Of a stretch of 64,000 nucleotides of DNA, positions 48,785 through 58,779 are shown piece after piece (within the stretch, counting starts at the first letter, position 1; the number at the start of each line of letters is the position of its first letter). The notes beneath the pieces were generated by a model, which made no database searches, was not told the origin of the DNA, and was given only the letters and a program-made list of their open reading frames with translations. The stretch is from Sphingobacteriales bacterium (GTDB lineage: Bacteria; Bacteroidota; Bacteroidia; Chitinophagales; JADIYW01): positions 15,968 through 79,967 of the forward strand of contig CANHGL010000003.1 in assembly GCA_947460245.1 (NCBI GenBank), given 5' to 3'. Made by a program: the position numbers and the translations under genes.

Positions 48785-49408
48785 ATGGATGTAAACGTAA
48801 AATATAAGGTTAATAATCAGGGTGCACATCGTTTCACGATGTGGCTATTTATTGTTACTATATGTATGGTATTTGCCGGCTTTACCAGTGCTTTTTTAGT
48901 GCGTAAAGGCGCAGGTGGTGCATGGACTCCTTTTGACATTCCCGGAATATTCAAAGTCTCTACACTTTTAATTCTCCTTAGCAGTGTATTTCTTCAGGTA
49001 GCTCATATTGCCAATAAGAAACGTCATAAATTAATGACATCTATAGGATTATTTTTTACACTTATTCTAGGAATATTATTCTGTTACTTCCAAATTCAAG
49101 GATGGGAGCAGCTTACTGACATGGGTATTTATCTTTCTTTTAATCCTAACCCGGCAGGCCCTTTCTTTTTTGTAATTACATTTATTCACGCTTTGCACGT
49201 TGCTTCAGGCATACTTTTTTTAGCAATAGCATTTATACATTCTATCATTGTATTAAGGAAATCCAACAAGATGGAAACTCATCTTGAAGAAGATAATATC
49301 CAAAAGGGTATGCTTACCATCAGAACAGACTTATTACTTTTGTTCTGGCACTTCTTAGGCTTTTTGTGGGTTTACTTATATTTCTTTTTAAACTTTAACT
49401 TAAAATAA
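48785..49408 (+). CDS. Cytochrome c oxidase subunit III family, first copy
   Basis: HALHV, FWHFLGFLW. Confidence 0.88.
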   Translation: MDVNVKYKVNNQGAHRFTMWLFIVTICMVFAGFTSAFLVRKGAGGAWTPFDIPGIFKVSTLLILLSSVFLQVAHIANKKRHKLMTSIGLFFTLILGILFCYFQIQGWEQLTDMGIYLSFNPNPAGPFFFVITFIHALHVASGILFLAIAFIHSIIVLRKSNKMETHLEEDNIQKGMLTIRTDLLLLFWHFLGFLWVYLYFFLNFNLK

Positions 49409-49419
49409 ATTTTATCGGA

Positions 49420-50166
49420 ATGGCAGAAGTTTTAGAAATTCAGGAAGAGCATCATTTTGACCCATTAACACTGCCAAATAATGGCGAAGGTGGCGAAGAA
49501 TCTCCAATGAAGATCAGTTATGGTAAAACCATGATGTGGTACTTCTTATTATCAGATGCGTTTACATTTTCAGCATTCTTGATTGCCTATGCAGCTATCA
49601 GAATCTCACAACCATGGTGGCCTAATCCTAATTCTGTTTTTAAAGGATTTCCTGGCTTCGGTCCAGAGGCAAACCTACCCTTAGGTTTTGTGAGTGTAAT
49701 GACATTTGTTTTAATTCTAAGCTCTGTTGCTGTAGTGCGTGCAGTTCAGGAAGGTCATAGAATGAATAAGAAAGGGGTAATGATTTGGATGTTCTTTGGA
49801 ATATTGGGAGGAGTTGCTTTTTTAGGTTGTCAAGCATGGGAATGGAATAATCTAATTCATGAAGGGCTAAGACCTTTCTACAATCCTTTCGGTCCCGATG
49901 CCAACGGATTAACACACTTAGTAGAAGAGCACCAACAATGGTCTCCAGGGCCTGTTGCTTTTGGAGCTTTGTTCTTCGGTATTACAGGATTTCACGGATT
50001 TCACGTATTTACAGGGGTTTTGCTTAATGTTTGGGGTTTTGTAGCTACAAGCATGGGGGTGTTCCACCGCAGAGGGCACTATGAAATGATAGAGAAATTA
50101 GGCCTTTACTGGCATTTTGTAGATTTAGTATGGGTATTTGTATTCTTGGCATTTTACCTCATGTAA
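49420..50166 (+). CDS. Cytochrome c oxidase subunit III family, second copy
   Basis: FLLSDAFTF, TGFHGFHV, GLYWHFVDLVW. Confidence 0.92.
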   Translation: MAEVLEIQEEHHFDPLTLPNNGEGGEESPMKISYGKTMMWYFLLSDAFTFSAFLIAYAAIRISQPWWPNPNSVFKGFPGFGPEANLPLGFVSVMTFVLILSSVAVVRAVQEGHRMNKKGVMIWMFFGILGGVAFLGCQAWEWNNLIHEGLRPFYNPFGPDANGLTHLVEEHQQWSPGPVAFGALFFGITGFHGFHVFTGVLLNVWGFVATSMGVFHRRGHYEMIEKLGLYWHFVDLVWVFVFLAFYLM

Positions 50167-50197
50167 TTGTATATTTTTAAGAGTAAAAAAATAATTT

Positions 50198-50524
50198 ATG
50201 GCAGACCATTTATCAGACGAACAATATAAATCAGCAGTTTCTGCAGTTTGGAAAGCTACTATTATCCTTGGTGTGGTAACAGTGGTTGAAGTAATAGCTG
50301 CATTGATTTTAGGACCGAAACTCCCTAAAGTCCTAATGAATTCATTTTACGCTTTAGCTAGTTTTGCAAAGGCATTTTTTATAGTGGGTGAGTTTATGCA
50401 CTTAAAATATGAAAAACGGGCATTCATGATTTCTTTGGGCGTTCCATTGGTATTTTTGGTATGGGCAATTATTGCTTTTGCAAGCGAAGGACAAAGTTGG
50501 TTCTTAATGAACCATCCTAAATAA
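50198..50524 (+). CDS. Cytochrome c oxidase subunit IV family protein
   Basis: KAFFIVGEFMHLKYE; three TM helices. Confidence 0.88.
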   Translation: MADHLSDEQYKSAVSAVWKATIILGVVTVVEVIAALILGPKLPKVLMNSFYALASFAKAFFIVGEFMHLKYEKRAFMISLGVPLVFLVWAIIAFASEGQSWFLMNHPK

Positions 50525-50540
50525 TTTACGTTATATTATC

Positions 50541-51281
50541 GTGCTTAATAACAAAAGGAAGGGTTTTTTAATAGCTTTAACAGTTGTTTTACTATTTCCA
50601 CTACTATTTTTTATCGTTTTTGACTACCTAAATGACCACCGTCCATCTTTGGAAACGGATAAGTGTTTACCTATATATGGTCCTAAAGAACCTTATGAGT
50701 CAAAAGACTCCAGAGGTAGAAAAAGAATCGATACTGCTTATTTTCATATTCCTCCTTTTTCCTTCTTAGATCAAAATGGGGATACTATTACGCAATCTAT
50801 GATGAATGGTAAGATTGTCGTCGTAGATTTCTTCTTTACTACGTGTAAAAGTATTTGTGTTGATATGACAAGAAACTTGAGTCGTGTACAATCTACTTTT
50901 GCAAAAGAAGAAAGAAGAGATGTGCTCATTTTATCTCATTCAGTAGATCCCGAAACAGATACAGTAGGCCGTCTTTTTCAATATGCTATTGAGAAGGATA
51001 TCAATTCTAATATGTGGAGGTTGTTAACCGGTGACAAGAAGGAGATTTATAAAATGGCGCGCAATGCTTACTTTATCACTGCTTTGCAGGGCGACGGCGG
51101 ACCAAATGATTTTATTCATGACCAGAAGTTAGTATTAATAGATAAAGAAGGTAGGATACGTGGTTATTATAATGGAACAGAGGATGCAGCAGTAGATCGC
51201 ATGATTAAAGATATACAGACATTATTGGTTAGTTATATTATTCCAATGAAACCGAGCAGACAAAGAGTTGATAAGCATTAA
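50541..51281 (+). CDS. SCO1/SenC copper chaperone
   Basis: FFFTTCKSIC, SVDPETD, FIH..LID..GRIRG.Y. Confidence 0.93.
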   Translation: MLNNKRKGFLIALTVVLLFPLLFFIVFDYLNDHRPSLETDKCLPIYGPKEPYESKDSRGRKRIDTAYFHIPPFSFLDQNGDTITQSMMNGKIVVVDFFFTTCKSICVDMTRNLSRVQSTFAKEERRDVLILSHSVDPETDTVGRLFQYAIEKDINSNMWRLLTGDKKEIYKMARNAYFITALQGDGGPNDFIHDQKLVLIDKEGRIRGYYNGTEDAAVDRMIKDIQTLLVSYIIPMKPSRQRVDKH

Positions 51282-51307
51282 ACTTACATTTCCTATTAAC
51301 TTATTTT

Positions 51308-51847
51308 ATGATTAAAAATATTTCAGAAAAAACCATTAATATCATAATAGCTGTTATATCTATAGCAGTTCCTGCCGTTGTAGTATTATTGCTGAAGGTT
51401 TCTCCACCTGAAGTGAAACTGAGTTTTGATATTAATTTTTTTCCTAAATTTCATGCATTATTAAATTCTCTGACTACAGTGTGTTTGTTGTCAGGATTAT
51501 ATTTCATTAAGTTCCGTAAAGATATTTTACGTCATCGTTATTCAATGTTTACAGCATTGATATTGTCAGCTTTGTTTTTGTTGTCTTATGTTGCATATCA
51601 TACGCTTAAGGCTGAAGATACTAAGTTTGGAAGAGATGGATTTTTGCGTCAGTTATACTACTTTGTATTAATTACACATATTGTATTAGCAACTATTATT
51701 CTGCCTCTTGTTTTGAAAACTTTTTCCAAGGCATTATTGGGTAAGATAGAAGAGCACAAGGTTTGGGCTAAGTGGACTTACCCCTTGTGGCTATATGTGG
51801 CCATAACAGGTGTATTGGTGTATGTATTTTTAGCACCTTACTATTGA
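51308..51847 (+). CDS. DUF420 membrane protein (CtaM-like oxidase assembly factor)
   Basis: HA.LNS, FL.SY..YH, H..WA..T.PLWLYVA.TGV. Confidence 0.88.
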   Translation: MIKNISEKTINIIIAVISIAVPAVVVLLLKVSPPEVKLSFDINFFPKFHALLNSLTTVCLLSGLYFIKFRKDILRHRYSMFTALILSALFLLSYVAYHTLKAEDTKFGRDGFLRQLYYFVLITHIVLATIILPLVLKTFSKALLGKIEEHKVWAKWTYPLWLYVAITGVLVYVFLAPYY

Positions 51848-51899
51848 TATTTAAATACTCTTTTACATTAGTAAGCTCAGTTTTTTGTAATTTAGATTT

Positions 51900-52127
51900 A
51901 TGAAGATTCGTAAATATTTACCGTTTATACTTTTTCTCCTTTTTATAGGATTTTGTTTAGATACAGATGCACAGTGTGCTATGTGTAAGGCAACTTCAGA
52001 AAAGTCTGCATATGCAAAAAGTTTGAATCAGGGTATAGAGTATCTTTTGCTGGCTCCATTCGTAATCTTAGGTAGTGTTTTATTGCTTTGGCTAAAGAAT
52101 AAAGATAAATTTGCCAGCAAGTCATAG
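51900..52127 (+). CDS. Small membrane protein with QCAMC motif
   Basis: Signal peptide, AQCAMCKA, LNQGI.YLL..P followed by a TM segment. Confidence 0.75.
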   Translation: MKIRKYLPFILFLLFIGFCLDTDAQCAMCKATSEKSAYAKSLNQGIEYLLLAPFVILGSVLLLWLKNKDKFASKS

Positions 52128-52157
52128 TTTTTCTTTTCTTCCTTTTTATTATTCCGT

Positions 52158-53402
52158 ATGCCTCAGTTCTGTAAGTTAAAGAATCCGAGTAATGTAAGCA
52201 TCAAAGGTCGTATTCATCTGAATGGATCTAAAAGCATCAGTAATCGTTTGTTAATACTAGATGCAATCTCTTCAGGAATTGATATTGATAATCTTTCAAA
52301 TGCATTAGATACAACTACCTTAAAATGCCTACTCCAGACTCAAGATAGTTTGTTGGATGCCGGTGCGGGAGGAACCACCTTTCGTTTCCTGACGGCATAT
52401 TTAGCTATTCAGGATGGTAGAGAGGTAATTCTTACAGGAAGTGATAGAATACAGGAGCGTCCAATAGGAATTCTGGTTGATGCATTAAATAAGCTTGGTG
52501 CAGATATTACCTATTTGGGTAATTGTGGCTTTCCTCCTCTTAAAATAATTGGAAAGAAATTAAGTGGGGGTAAAATTGAAATTCCTGCAGATACTTCTTC
52601 TCAATTCATCACTGCTTTATTATTAATAGCACCAACTCTAGAAAATGGAATTGAGTTGAAATTGCTGGGCAAGGTCGTTTCTGGTTCTTATATTAAAATG
52701 ACTTTGAGCTTGTTGGAGTATTTTGGAGTTAATACATCTTATGTTGATAATACGATTATCGTAAAGCCCGGTATTTTTAATTCAATCCCATTTTTTGTAG
52801 AGGCAGATTGGAGTGCAGCTGCTTATTATTATGCTATGGTGATTTTAGCAGAAGATATGGAAATTGAATTGGAGGGGCTTGCTAATCAGGGTATGCAAGG
52901 GGATGCTGTAATAGCTGATATAGCTGCATATTTTGGAGTGGAAACAGTTTGGAAAGAGCATTCTATTATTATCAGAAAGCATAAATTACTACTGCCAAAA
53001 TCGCTAGAAATTGATTTCTTGGATTGTCCGGATTTAGCCCAGACAGTCATTGTGTTTTGTGCAGCATTAGGTGTTGAGTTGTATTGTAAGGGATTGCAAA
53101 CCTTACGCACAAAAGAAACGGACAGGATATTAGCATTAGATAATGAACTCAAAAGATTGAGTTTGGCAACTTTGAAAGAGATAGATAAGGATAATTGGAA
53201 ATTGGAAATAACATCGCCCATGGATTTAACAGCTGATGTTTTGATTCATACTTATGACGACCATAGGATGGCAATGGCATTTGCTCCGTTGGTTTTTTTA
53301 AATAAGGATTTATCAATTCTTCATCCAGAAGTTGTAGTTAAATCTTACCCTGATTTCTGGGAAGATTTAATGCGTTTAGGTGTCACAATAGAATGGGATT
53401 AA
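52158..53402 (+). CDS. aroA: 3-phosphoshikimate 1-carboxyvinyltransferase
   Basis: SKSISNR, GTTFRFL, SSQF, KETDR, DDHRMAMAF, KSYP.FW. Confidence 0.97.
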   Translation: MPQFCKLKNPSNVSIKGRIHLNGSKSISNRLLILDAISSGIDIDNLSNALDTTTLKCLLQTQDSLLDAGAGGTTFRFLTAYLAIQDGREVILTGSDRIQERPIGILVDALNKLGADITYLGNCGFPPLKIIGKKLSGGKIEIPADTSSQFITALLLIAPTLENGIELKLLGKVVSGSYIKMTLSLLEYFGVNTSYVDNTIIVKPGIFNSIPFFVEADWSAAAYYYAMVILAEDMEIELEGLANQGMQGDAVIADIAAYFGVETVWKEHSIIIRKHKLLLPKSLEIDFLDCPDLAQTVIVFCAALGVELYCKGLQTLRTKETDRILALDNELKRLSLATLKEIDKDNWKLEITSPMDLTADVLIHTYDDHRMAMAFAPLVFLNKDLSILHPEVVVKSYPDFWEDLMRLGVTIEWD

Positions 53403-53403
53403 T

Positions 53404-54009
53404 TTACTTTAAAAATTCTTTCAACCTAATCATCATGGTGTATGGAGCATCCACAATTCCAAGGTTAGCGATGGACTCGGGAAAATTGCCTCCGATTGAA
53501 CTTAAAGCTTGCTGTGTAATCTCTGTTGTGCCATTCGCCAAGGGCGTAAATTTCCAATAGGCTTTCATCTTTGGAATCCGAACATAAAGGTCATTTAATG
53601 GAAGTAGATCTGGTGCCGCATCCAGCGTTATTAGTACTGCACCCTTGGAGTCAGGTTTATTGAAAATAAACCGAGTGATGGATTCTCTACCTTTAATGAG
53701 CGGAGCACTTACGACCATTCGTATAAAAAAATCATTTTCGTTATTTCTTTTTATTAGTTTAACACTTCCGGGTTCAACTTTATACATCCATTGGTCATAG
53801 TTCTTGTAATCCCTAAAGAAGGCTACCAGTTTGTCTACACTGATCTGCATGGTGGTAATTGCCTTATATTCTTTTAAGGTTGCGTTATCTGGCTTTCGAG
53901 TCCAAACTTTTATTCCATTCTTCTCTTTCTCCAATACCCAAGGACTTTCAGCAAATGAAATATGTGGATATAGGAATAAGTAAAATAGTATAAAGGTGGT
54001 AGTTTTCAT
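53404..54009 (-). CDS. START/SRPBCC lipid-binding domain protein
   Basis: Signal peptide; W.LEKEKNGIKVW, YWKFTP, GG.FP. Confidence 0.8.
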   Translation of the reverse strand: MKTTTFILFYLFLYPHISFAESPWVLEKEKNGIKVWTRKPDNATLKEYKAITTMQISVDKLVAFFRDYKNYDQWMYKVEPGSVKLIKRNNENDFFIRMVVSAPLIKGRESITRFIFNKPDSKGAVLITLDAAPDLLPLNDLYVRIPKMKAYWKFTPLANGTTEITQQALSSIGGNFPESIANLGIVDAPYTMMIRLKEFLK

Positions 54010-54177
54010 CTCCGTATTTATATTAGAACATTAGAGCATCATACTTTGTTCATGCTGATTTTATGCTTCTATAAAAGTATCAAATTACATTAGATTCATC
54101 TTTTATTTGATGATAACAAACATGTCTTTAACATTATTTATGGAAGATGTAAAATATTAAGTTTGTAATGAGGAGTA

Positions 54178-54831
54178 TTACATTCTTAAATCCTCAACTT
54201 GAACGCCTGGATGTTTTGAGAGATCAAATTTGAAATAGCTGTCTTCAAGTTTTTGTTTACTGTTAAAGCTATTAATAGAATAGGTGTATAAGGTTCCATT
54301 TTTGTCGAACACTTTCATGCGTGTTATATATTTAGCACTTTTATCTATCCAAATTCTAACCTTAAAGAAAGGTTTGTCTTTGTCTTTAGGTATTAGGTCT
54401 ACAATAGTGCAATTCTTCTTGTCTATCACTTCTTCACCGTTTATCATGTAATTAAAATCATTCTGATAAATGGTAAACATATTGGAGGGTGTAATCTCTT
54501 CCTTGTTGGCCTCATAATCATTTACCTGTACCTCATTAATATCCTTTAAATAAGTCCAGACACTTTGTTTATCACAAAATATCTCCTGTTTACCCATTAC
54601 AAGTTTATAATTCTCTCCTTTTAGGTAGATATTTCCTGTTTGGGTAGTGGTTTTATTTTGTATAGGACTTATGGTAGTTAAAGTAAATGTTGCTTGTATT
54701 GAAGGAAATTCCTTGTAAGTTTTACTAACTGCATCTAAAAGTGTCTTTGCCTTAGGGTCACTCAGGTTTTTATCAGAGGCAATTCCGGAAGTGGAAAGCA
54801 ATAATGTAAGTATTGATAATATATAAATCAT
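54178..54831 (-). CDS. lolA: Outer-membrane lipoprotein carrier LolA family
   Basis: KGENYKL, D..SVWTY...NEV, P.NMFTIY, DLR terminus; downstream of ftsK. Confidence 0.88.
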   Translation of the reverse strand: MIYILSILTLLLSTSGIASDKNLSDPKAKTLLDAVSKTYKEFPSIQATFTLTTISPIQNKTTTQTGNIYLKGENYKLVMGKQEIFCDKQSVWTYLKDINEVQVNDYEANKEEITPSNMFTIYQNDFNYMINGEEVIDKKNCTIVDLIPKDKDKPFFKVRIWIDKSAKYITRMKVFDKNGTLYTYSINSFNSKQKLEDSYFKFDLSKHPGVQVEDLRM

Positions 54832-54836
54832 AGCTG

Positions 54837-54844
54837 CAAAGTTA
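54837..54844 (-). promoter_or_regulatory. -7 element immediately upstream of lolA
   Basis: TAACTTTG-cagct-ATG. Confidence 0.6.
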
Positions 54845-54906
54845 AAACCCTAATCTAAAAACAAAAAATGTAAATAGCCTACTAATTAGATTCTTTAATA
54901 ACTAAT

Positions 54907-57390
54907 CTATTGCAAAATCCGTTCCAATTCTTCGTCGGTCTTAATATATACCTCCCTTGCTTTGCTGCCTAAGTTAGGTCCAACAATACCAGCAGCTTCG
55001 AGTTGATCCATAAGGCGGCCTGATCGGGCATAGCCTAATGCTAACTTGCGTTGTATTAGAGAGGTAGATCCAATCTGGTTTCTAACAATTAGTCTTGCTG
55101 CATCCTCAAATAAATCGTCCCGTTCTCCGGCATCTAGCATTCTTTCTCCATTGCCAGCCTCTTTAGGATCTATGTATTCAGGAAGTTCATAGGGGCTTAA
55201 CCCTTTCTGATTTCCGATGTATTTTGCGATGTTCTCCACTTCTGGAGTGTCTACAAATGGACATTGTAATCGAGTAATCTCACCGCTTTGAGAGAGTAAC
55301 ATATCACCGCGACCAATCAGTTGATCAGCACCTCCGGCATCTAAAATTGTTCTTGAGTCTACTTTTGCAGTTACCTTAAATGCGATACGTCCTGGGAAAT
55401 TAGCTTTTATAGTTCCTGTTATGATATTTACAGATGGTCGTTGGGTTGCAATGACTAAGTGAATGCCTATTGCGCGAGCAAGTTGTGCAAGCCGCGCTAT
55501 AGGCGCCTCGACTTCTTTACCTGCAGTCATCATTAAATCAGCAAATTCATCCACCACTAACACGATATATGGTAAGAAACGGTGTCCATTATTAGGATTG
55601 AGTTGTCTATTTAAGAACTTTTGATTGTATTCCTTGATATGTCTTACCTGAGCAACTTTTAGTAACTCATATCGGTTGTCCATTTCAATACAAAGGGCAT
55701 TTAATGTATAGATTACTTTTTTATTATCAGTGATTATAGCTTCTTCTTCATTTGGTAATTTAGCGAGGTAGTGATTTTCTATAAGCTTATAAAGGGTTAG
55801 CTCTACTTTCTTGGGATCTACTAAAACAAATTTTAACTCTGCAGGGTGTTTTTTGTAGAGTAGAGAAACCAAAATCGCATTAAGTCCAACAGATTTACCT
55901 TGTCCGGTTGCACCAGCCATCAGTAAATGTGGCATCTTCGCCAAGTCAATTACAAAGTCTTCATTGGATATGGTTTTTCCTAAGGCGATAGGAAGTTCTG
56001 CATCCGCTTTTTGGAACTTCTCTCCTGCAATTAGCGACTTCATAGATACAATGCTTTTCTTCACATTCGGAACTTCTATGCCTATAGTGCCTCTTCCCGG
56101 AATAGGTGCAATAATACGTATCCCTAAGGCAGCTAAACTTAAGGCGATATCATCTTCCAGATTTTTTATCTTGGAGATACGCACTCCTTTTTCTGGTACG
56201 ATTTCATAAAGTGTAACTGTAGGTCCGACGGTAGCCTTAATTTTTTCAATCCCAATATTATAATTGGAAAGCGTTTGAACGATTTGATTTTTATTTTGTT
56301 CTAATTCCTCTTTATTGATTTCAATCTGTCCGCTACCGTGTTCTTCTAATAAATCAATAGGAGGAAATTTATACTTAGATAATTCAAGTCTTGGATCAAA
56401 TTTGGTGTCAATACCATACTGTTCTTTATGTTCATCAATAGTTCCAAATGCCTGTATTTCTTCAATCTCAAAATCAGGTTCTACAGTAAATTTCTCTTTT
56501 TTGGATATTGGCTCAATAGGTAAGTCAGTTTCTGTTTCTTCTTCTGCTGGCTTCTCTATCAAAACCATTTCAGGTTCTGTTTTTTCCATTACAACCTCAA
56601 AAGTCTGATCTTGGAAATGGGGCGTTAGTGTTGGTGTCTCCTCAGGTATAATACTTTCCATGTCATAGCCATCTTCTTCTGCTATACTATCTTCCTTATA
56701 GAACTCATCAATAGTTTCATCCTCTTCTTCCGAAAGTGCAAGTTTTCTGTTGTTTTCCCATTCCTGCTTCCAGTTATTCAACTTCATATAGGTATCCTTT
56801 ATATTAAAGCCAAGGAAAGTGAAGCCCACTAATCCTAATAGAATACCTAATCCCCATCTGCCTAGAAAAGTAGAAAGCCATTCGTAATTATTAATACCTA
56901 ATCCACCACCGAATGGGAAAGCAGATTCTGGAAAAATAAATGCGCCAAGTGTAGATATAAATAGAATCCAGAATATAGAGTTGAATAAAATCTTTAATAG
57001 TTTAAATATTCGTTCCTTGAATGTAAGATTAATGCCTATAGCAAAAAACAAGTATGGAGTGATGAAGGAGGCAACACCAAAAAAATCATAAAAGAATACA
57101 TGCGAAAGTAAAGCACCGATTCTCCCCATAGTATTGGCAACATTCCCCTGCTTGCTGAAGATGATATCCCAGGTAAAGTCCATTACTTTATCCTGATCAA
57201 TTTTCCAGGTAAATAGATAGGATAAAAACGATACAAATAGTATTACTGAAAAAAATAGAAAAAACAAACCAGTGGCTGTTCTAAGTGTATCTGCATCAAT
57301 CAGGGGTGTGGATACACTTTCCTCCGGTGTTTCTTCTTCTATAGGTTTTCTACTACGCTTGATTCTTTCTTTTACATCCTCTTTTGCCAT
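54907..57390 (-). CDS. ftsK: DNA translocase FtsK
   Basis: N-terminal TM domain, AGATGQGKS, VDEFADL, ATQRPS, C-terminal gamma domain. Confidence 0.98.
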   Translation of the reverse strand: MAKEDVKERIKRSRKPIEEETPEESVSTPLIDADTLRTATGLFFLFFSVILFVSFLSYLFTWKIDQDKVMDFTWDIIFSKQGNVANTMGRIGALLSHVFFYDFFGVASFITPYLFFAIGINLTFKERIFKLLKILFNSIFWILFISTLGAFIFPESAFPFGGGLGINNYEWLSTFLGRWGLGILLGLVGFTFLGFNIKDTYMKLNNWKQEWENNRKLALSEEEDETIDEFYKEDSIAEEDGYDMESIIPEETPTLTPHFQDQTFEVVMEKTEPEMVLIEKPAEEETETDLPIEPISKKEKFTVEPDFEIEEIQAFGTIDEHKEQYGIDTKFDPRLELSKYKFPPIDLLEEHGSGQIEINKEELEQNKNQIVQTLSNYNIGIEKIKATVGPTVTLYEIVPEKGVRISKIKNLEDDIALSLAALGIRIIAPIPGRGTIGIEVPNVKKSIVSMKSLIAGEKFQKADAELPIALGKTISNEDFVIDLAKMPHLLMAGATGQGKSVGLNAILVSLLYKKHPAELKFVLVDPKKVELTLYKLIENHYLAKLPNEEEAIITDNKKVIYTLNALCIEMDNRYELLKVAQVRHIKEYNQKFLNRQLNPNNGHRFLPYIVLVVDEFADLMMTAGKEVEAPIARLAQLARAIGIHLVIATQRPSVNIITGTIKANFPGRIAFKVTAKVDSRTILDAGGADQLIGRGDMLLSQSGEITRLQCPFVDTPEVENIAKYIGNQKGLSPYELPEYIDPKEAGNGERMLDAGERDDLFEDAARLIVRNQIGSTSLIQRKLALGYARSGRLMDQLEAAGIVGPNLGSKAREVYIKTDEELERILQ

Positions 57391-57394
57391 AAAA

Positions 57395-57402
57395 CAAAGA
57401 TA
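57395..57402 (-). promoter_or_regulatory. -7 element immediately upstream of ftsK
   Basis: TATCTTTG-tttt-ATG. Confidence 0.6.
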
Positions 57403-57598
57403 ATTGTATGTGTTTATGATTGGGTAAATGGATAATGCACATGTATTGATAACTATAAAAGTAATTTTCTGTTAATTTTTACTTTCAAAGCCTAATTAAA
57501 CCAATTCTTTATTTTTGAATTCATGCCTTATTTTACAGCTATATTTCATAATTTTAAAGCCTAATAAGATTATCAGTTAAATTGTAAATAAAAGCAGC

Positions 57599-58774
57599 AT
57601 GAAAGATGTATTTATTGTATCGATGGCAAGAACCCCTATAGGCAGTCTAAGTGGTACTTTAGGAGGTGTAAGCGTAGTCGATTTGGGAAAAACAGTAGTA
57701 AAAGCTGCTCTGGAGCGTGCAGGAATTAATGGTGACCAGGTAGATGAGGTATACTTGGGAAATGTTTTGCAGGCAAATGTAGGTCAGGCGCCAGCTCAAC
57801 AAGTTTCCATTGCTTCAGGCATTAACACTAAAACACCTTGTACAACGATAAATAAAGTATGTGCATCAGGTATGAAAGCAATTATGCTAGGTGCTCAGTC
57901 TATTCAGTTGGGCGATAATGATGTAGTTGTGGTGGGGGGTATGGAAAGCATGACAAACGCCCCGCATTATATACCAACAGGAAGGACGGGAATACGTTAC
58001 GGTAATGGGGAAATTTTGGATGCCATTGTGCGTGATGGATTACAAGATCCATATAAAAAATACATGATGGGGAATGCAGGTGAAGTATGTGCAAAACACT
58101 TTTCTTTTACCAGAGAGGATCAGGATCAATTTGCCATTCAATCCTATATAAGAGCTCAGGAAGCATATGCTAATGGGTATTTTAAGGACGAATTAGTACC
58201 GGTGATTATTCCTTCTAAAAAGGGAGATTTGGTTATTGCTGAGGATGAGGAATACAAGAAATTTGATGAAGGTAAGGTGAGAGCCTTGAAGCCGGCTTTT
58301 GAAAAAGAGGGGACTATCACTGCGATTAACGCTTCTAAAATAAATGATGGTGCTAGTGCTATGGTACTGATGAGTGGGGAGAAAGTAAAGGAATTGGGCC
58401 TTCAGCCTTTAGCAAAGATTACTGGATTTGCAGATGCTTCTCAAGATCCTGAGTGGTTTACAACTACCCCTTCTAAGGCGTTGCCTAAAGCGCTTAAAAA
58501 AGCAAATCTTTCACTAGAACAGGTGGATTTCTTCGAAATCAATGAGGCTTTCTCAGTGGTTGCTCTGGCTAATATGAAGGAATTAAATATTTCGCACGAT
58601 AAATTAAATGTTTTTGGCGGTGCTGTAGCATTAGGACATCCGATTGGTAGCTCAGGCTGCAGAATTGTTGCCACTTTAATTTCCGTTTTAAAACACAAGA
58701 ATGGTAAAATTGGAGCTGCCTCAATTTGCAATGGTGGTGGTGGTGCCAGCGCTATCGTGATTGAGAAGTGCTAA
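57599..58774 (+). CDS. Acetyl-CoA C-acyltransferase (thiolase)
   Basis: NKVCASG, EINEAF, GHPIG, ICNGGGG. Confidence 0.96.
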   Translation: MKDVFIVSMARTPIGSLSGTLGGVSVVDLGKTVVKAALERAGINGDQVDEVYLGNVLQANVGQAPAQQVSIASGINTKTPCTTINKVCASGMKAIMLGAQSIQLGDNDVVVVGGMESMTNAPHYIPTGRTGIRYGNGEILDAIVRDGLQDPYKKYMMGNAGEVCAKHFSFTREDQDQFAIQSYIRAQEAYANGYFKDELVPVIIPSKKGDLVIAEDEEYKKFDEGKVRALKPAFEKEGTITAINASKINDGASAMVLMSGEKVKELGLQPLAKITGFADASQDPEWFTTTPSKALPKALKKANLSLEQVDFFEINEAFSVVALANMKELNISHDKLNVFGGAVALGHPIGSSGCRIVATLISVLKHKNGKIGAASICNGGGGASAIVIEKC

Positions 58775-58779
58775 ACTTT

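Noticed and set aside
48785-50166. Frameshifted subunit III pseudogene
   Set aside because: Each ORF carries its own C-terminal H..HV and WHF motifs, so they are intact paralogs, not halves of one gene.
57487-57565. Direct repeat AAAGCCTAAT twice in the ftsK-thiolase intergenic region
   Set aside because: Only two 10-mers 69 bp apart in AT-rich DNA; compatible with chance.
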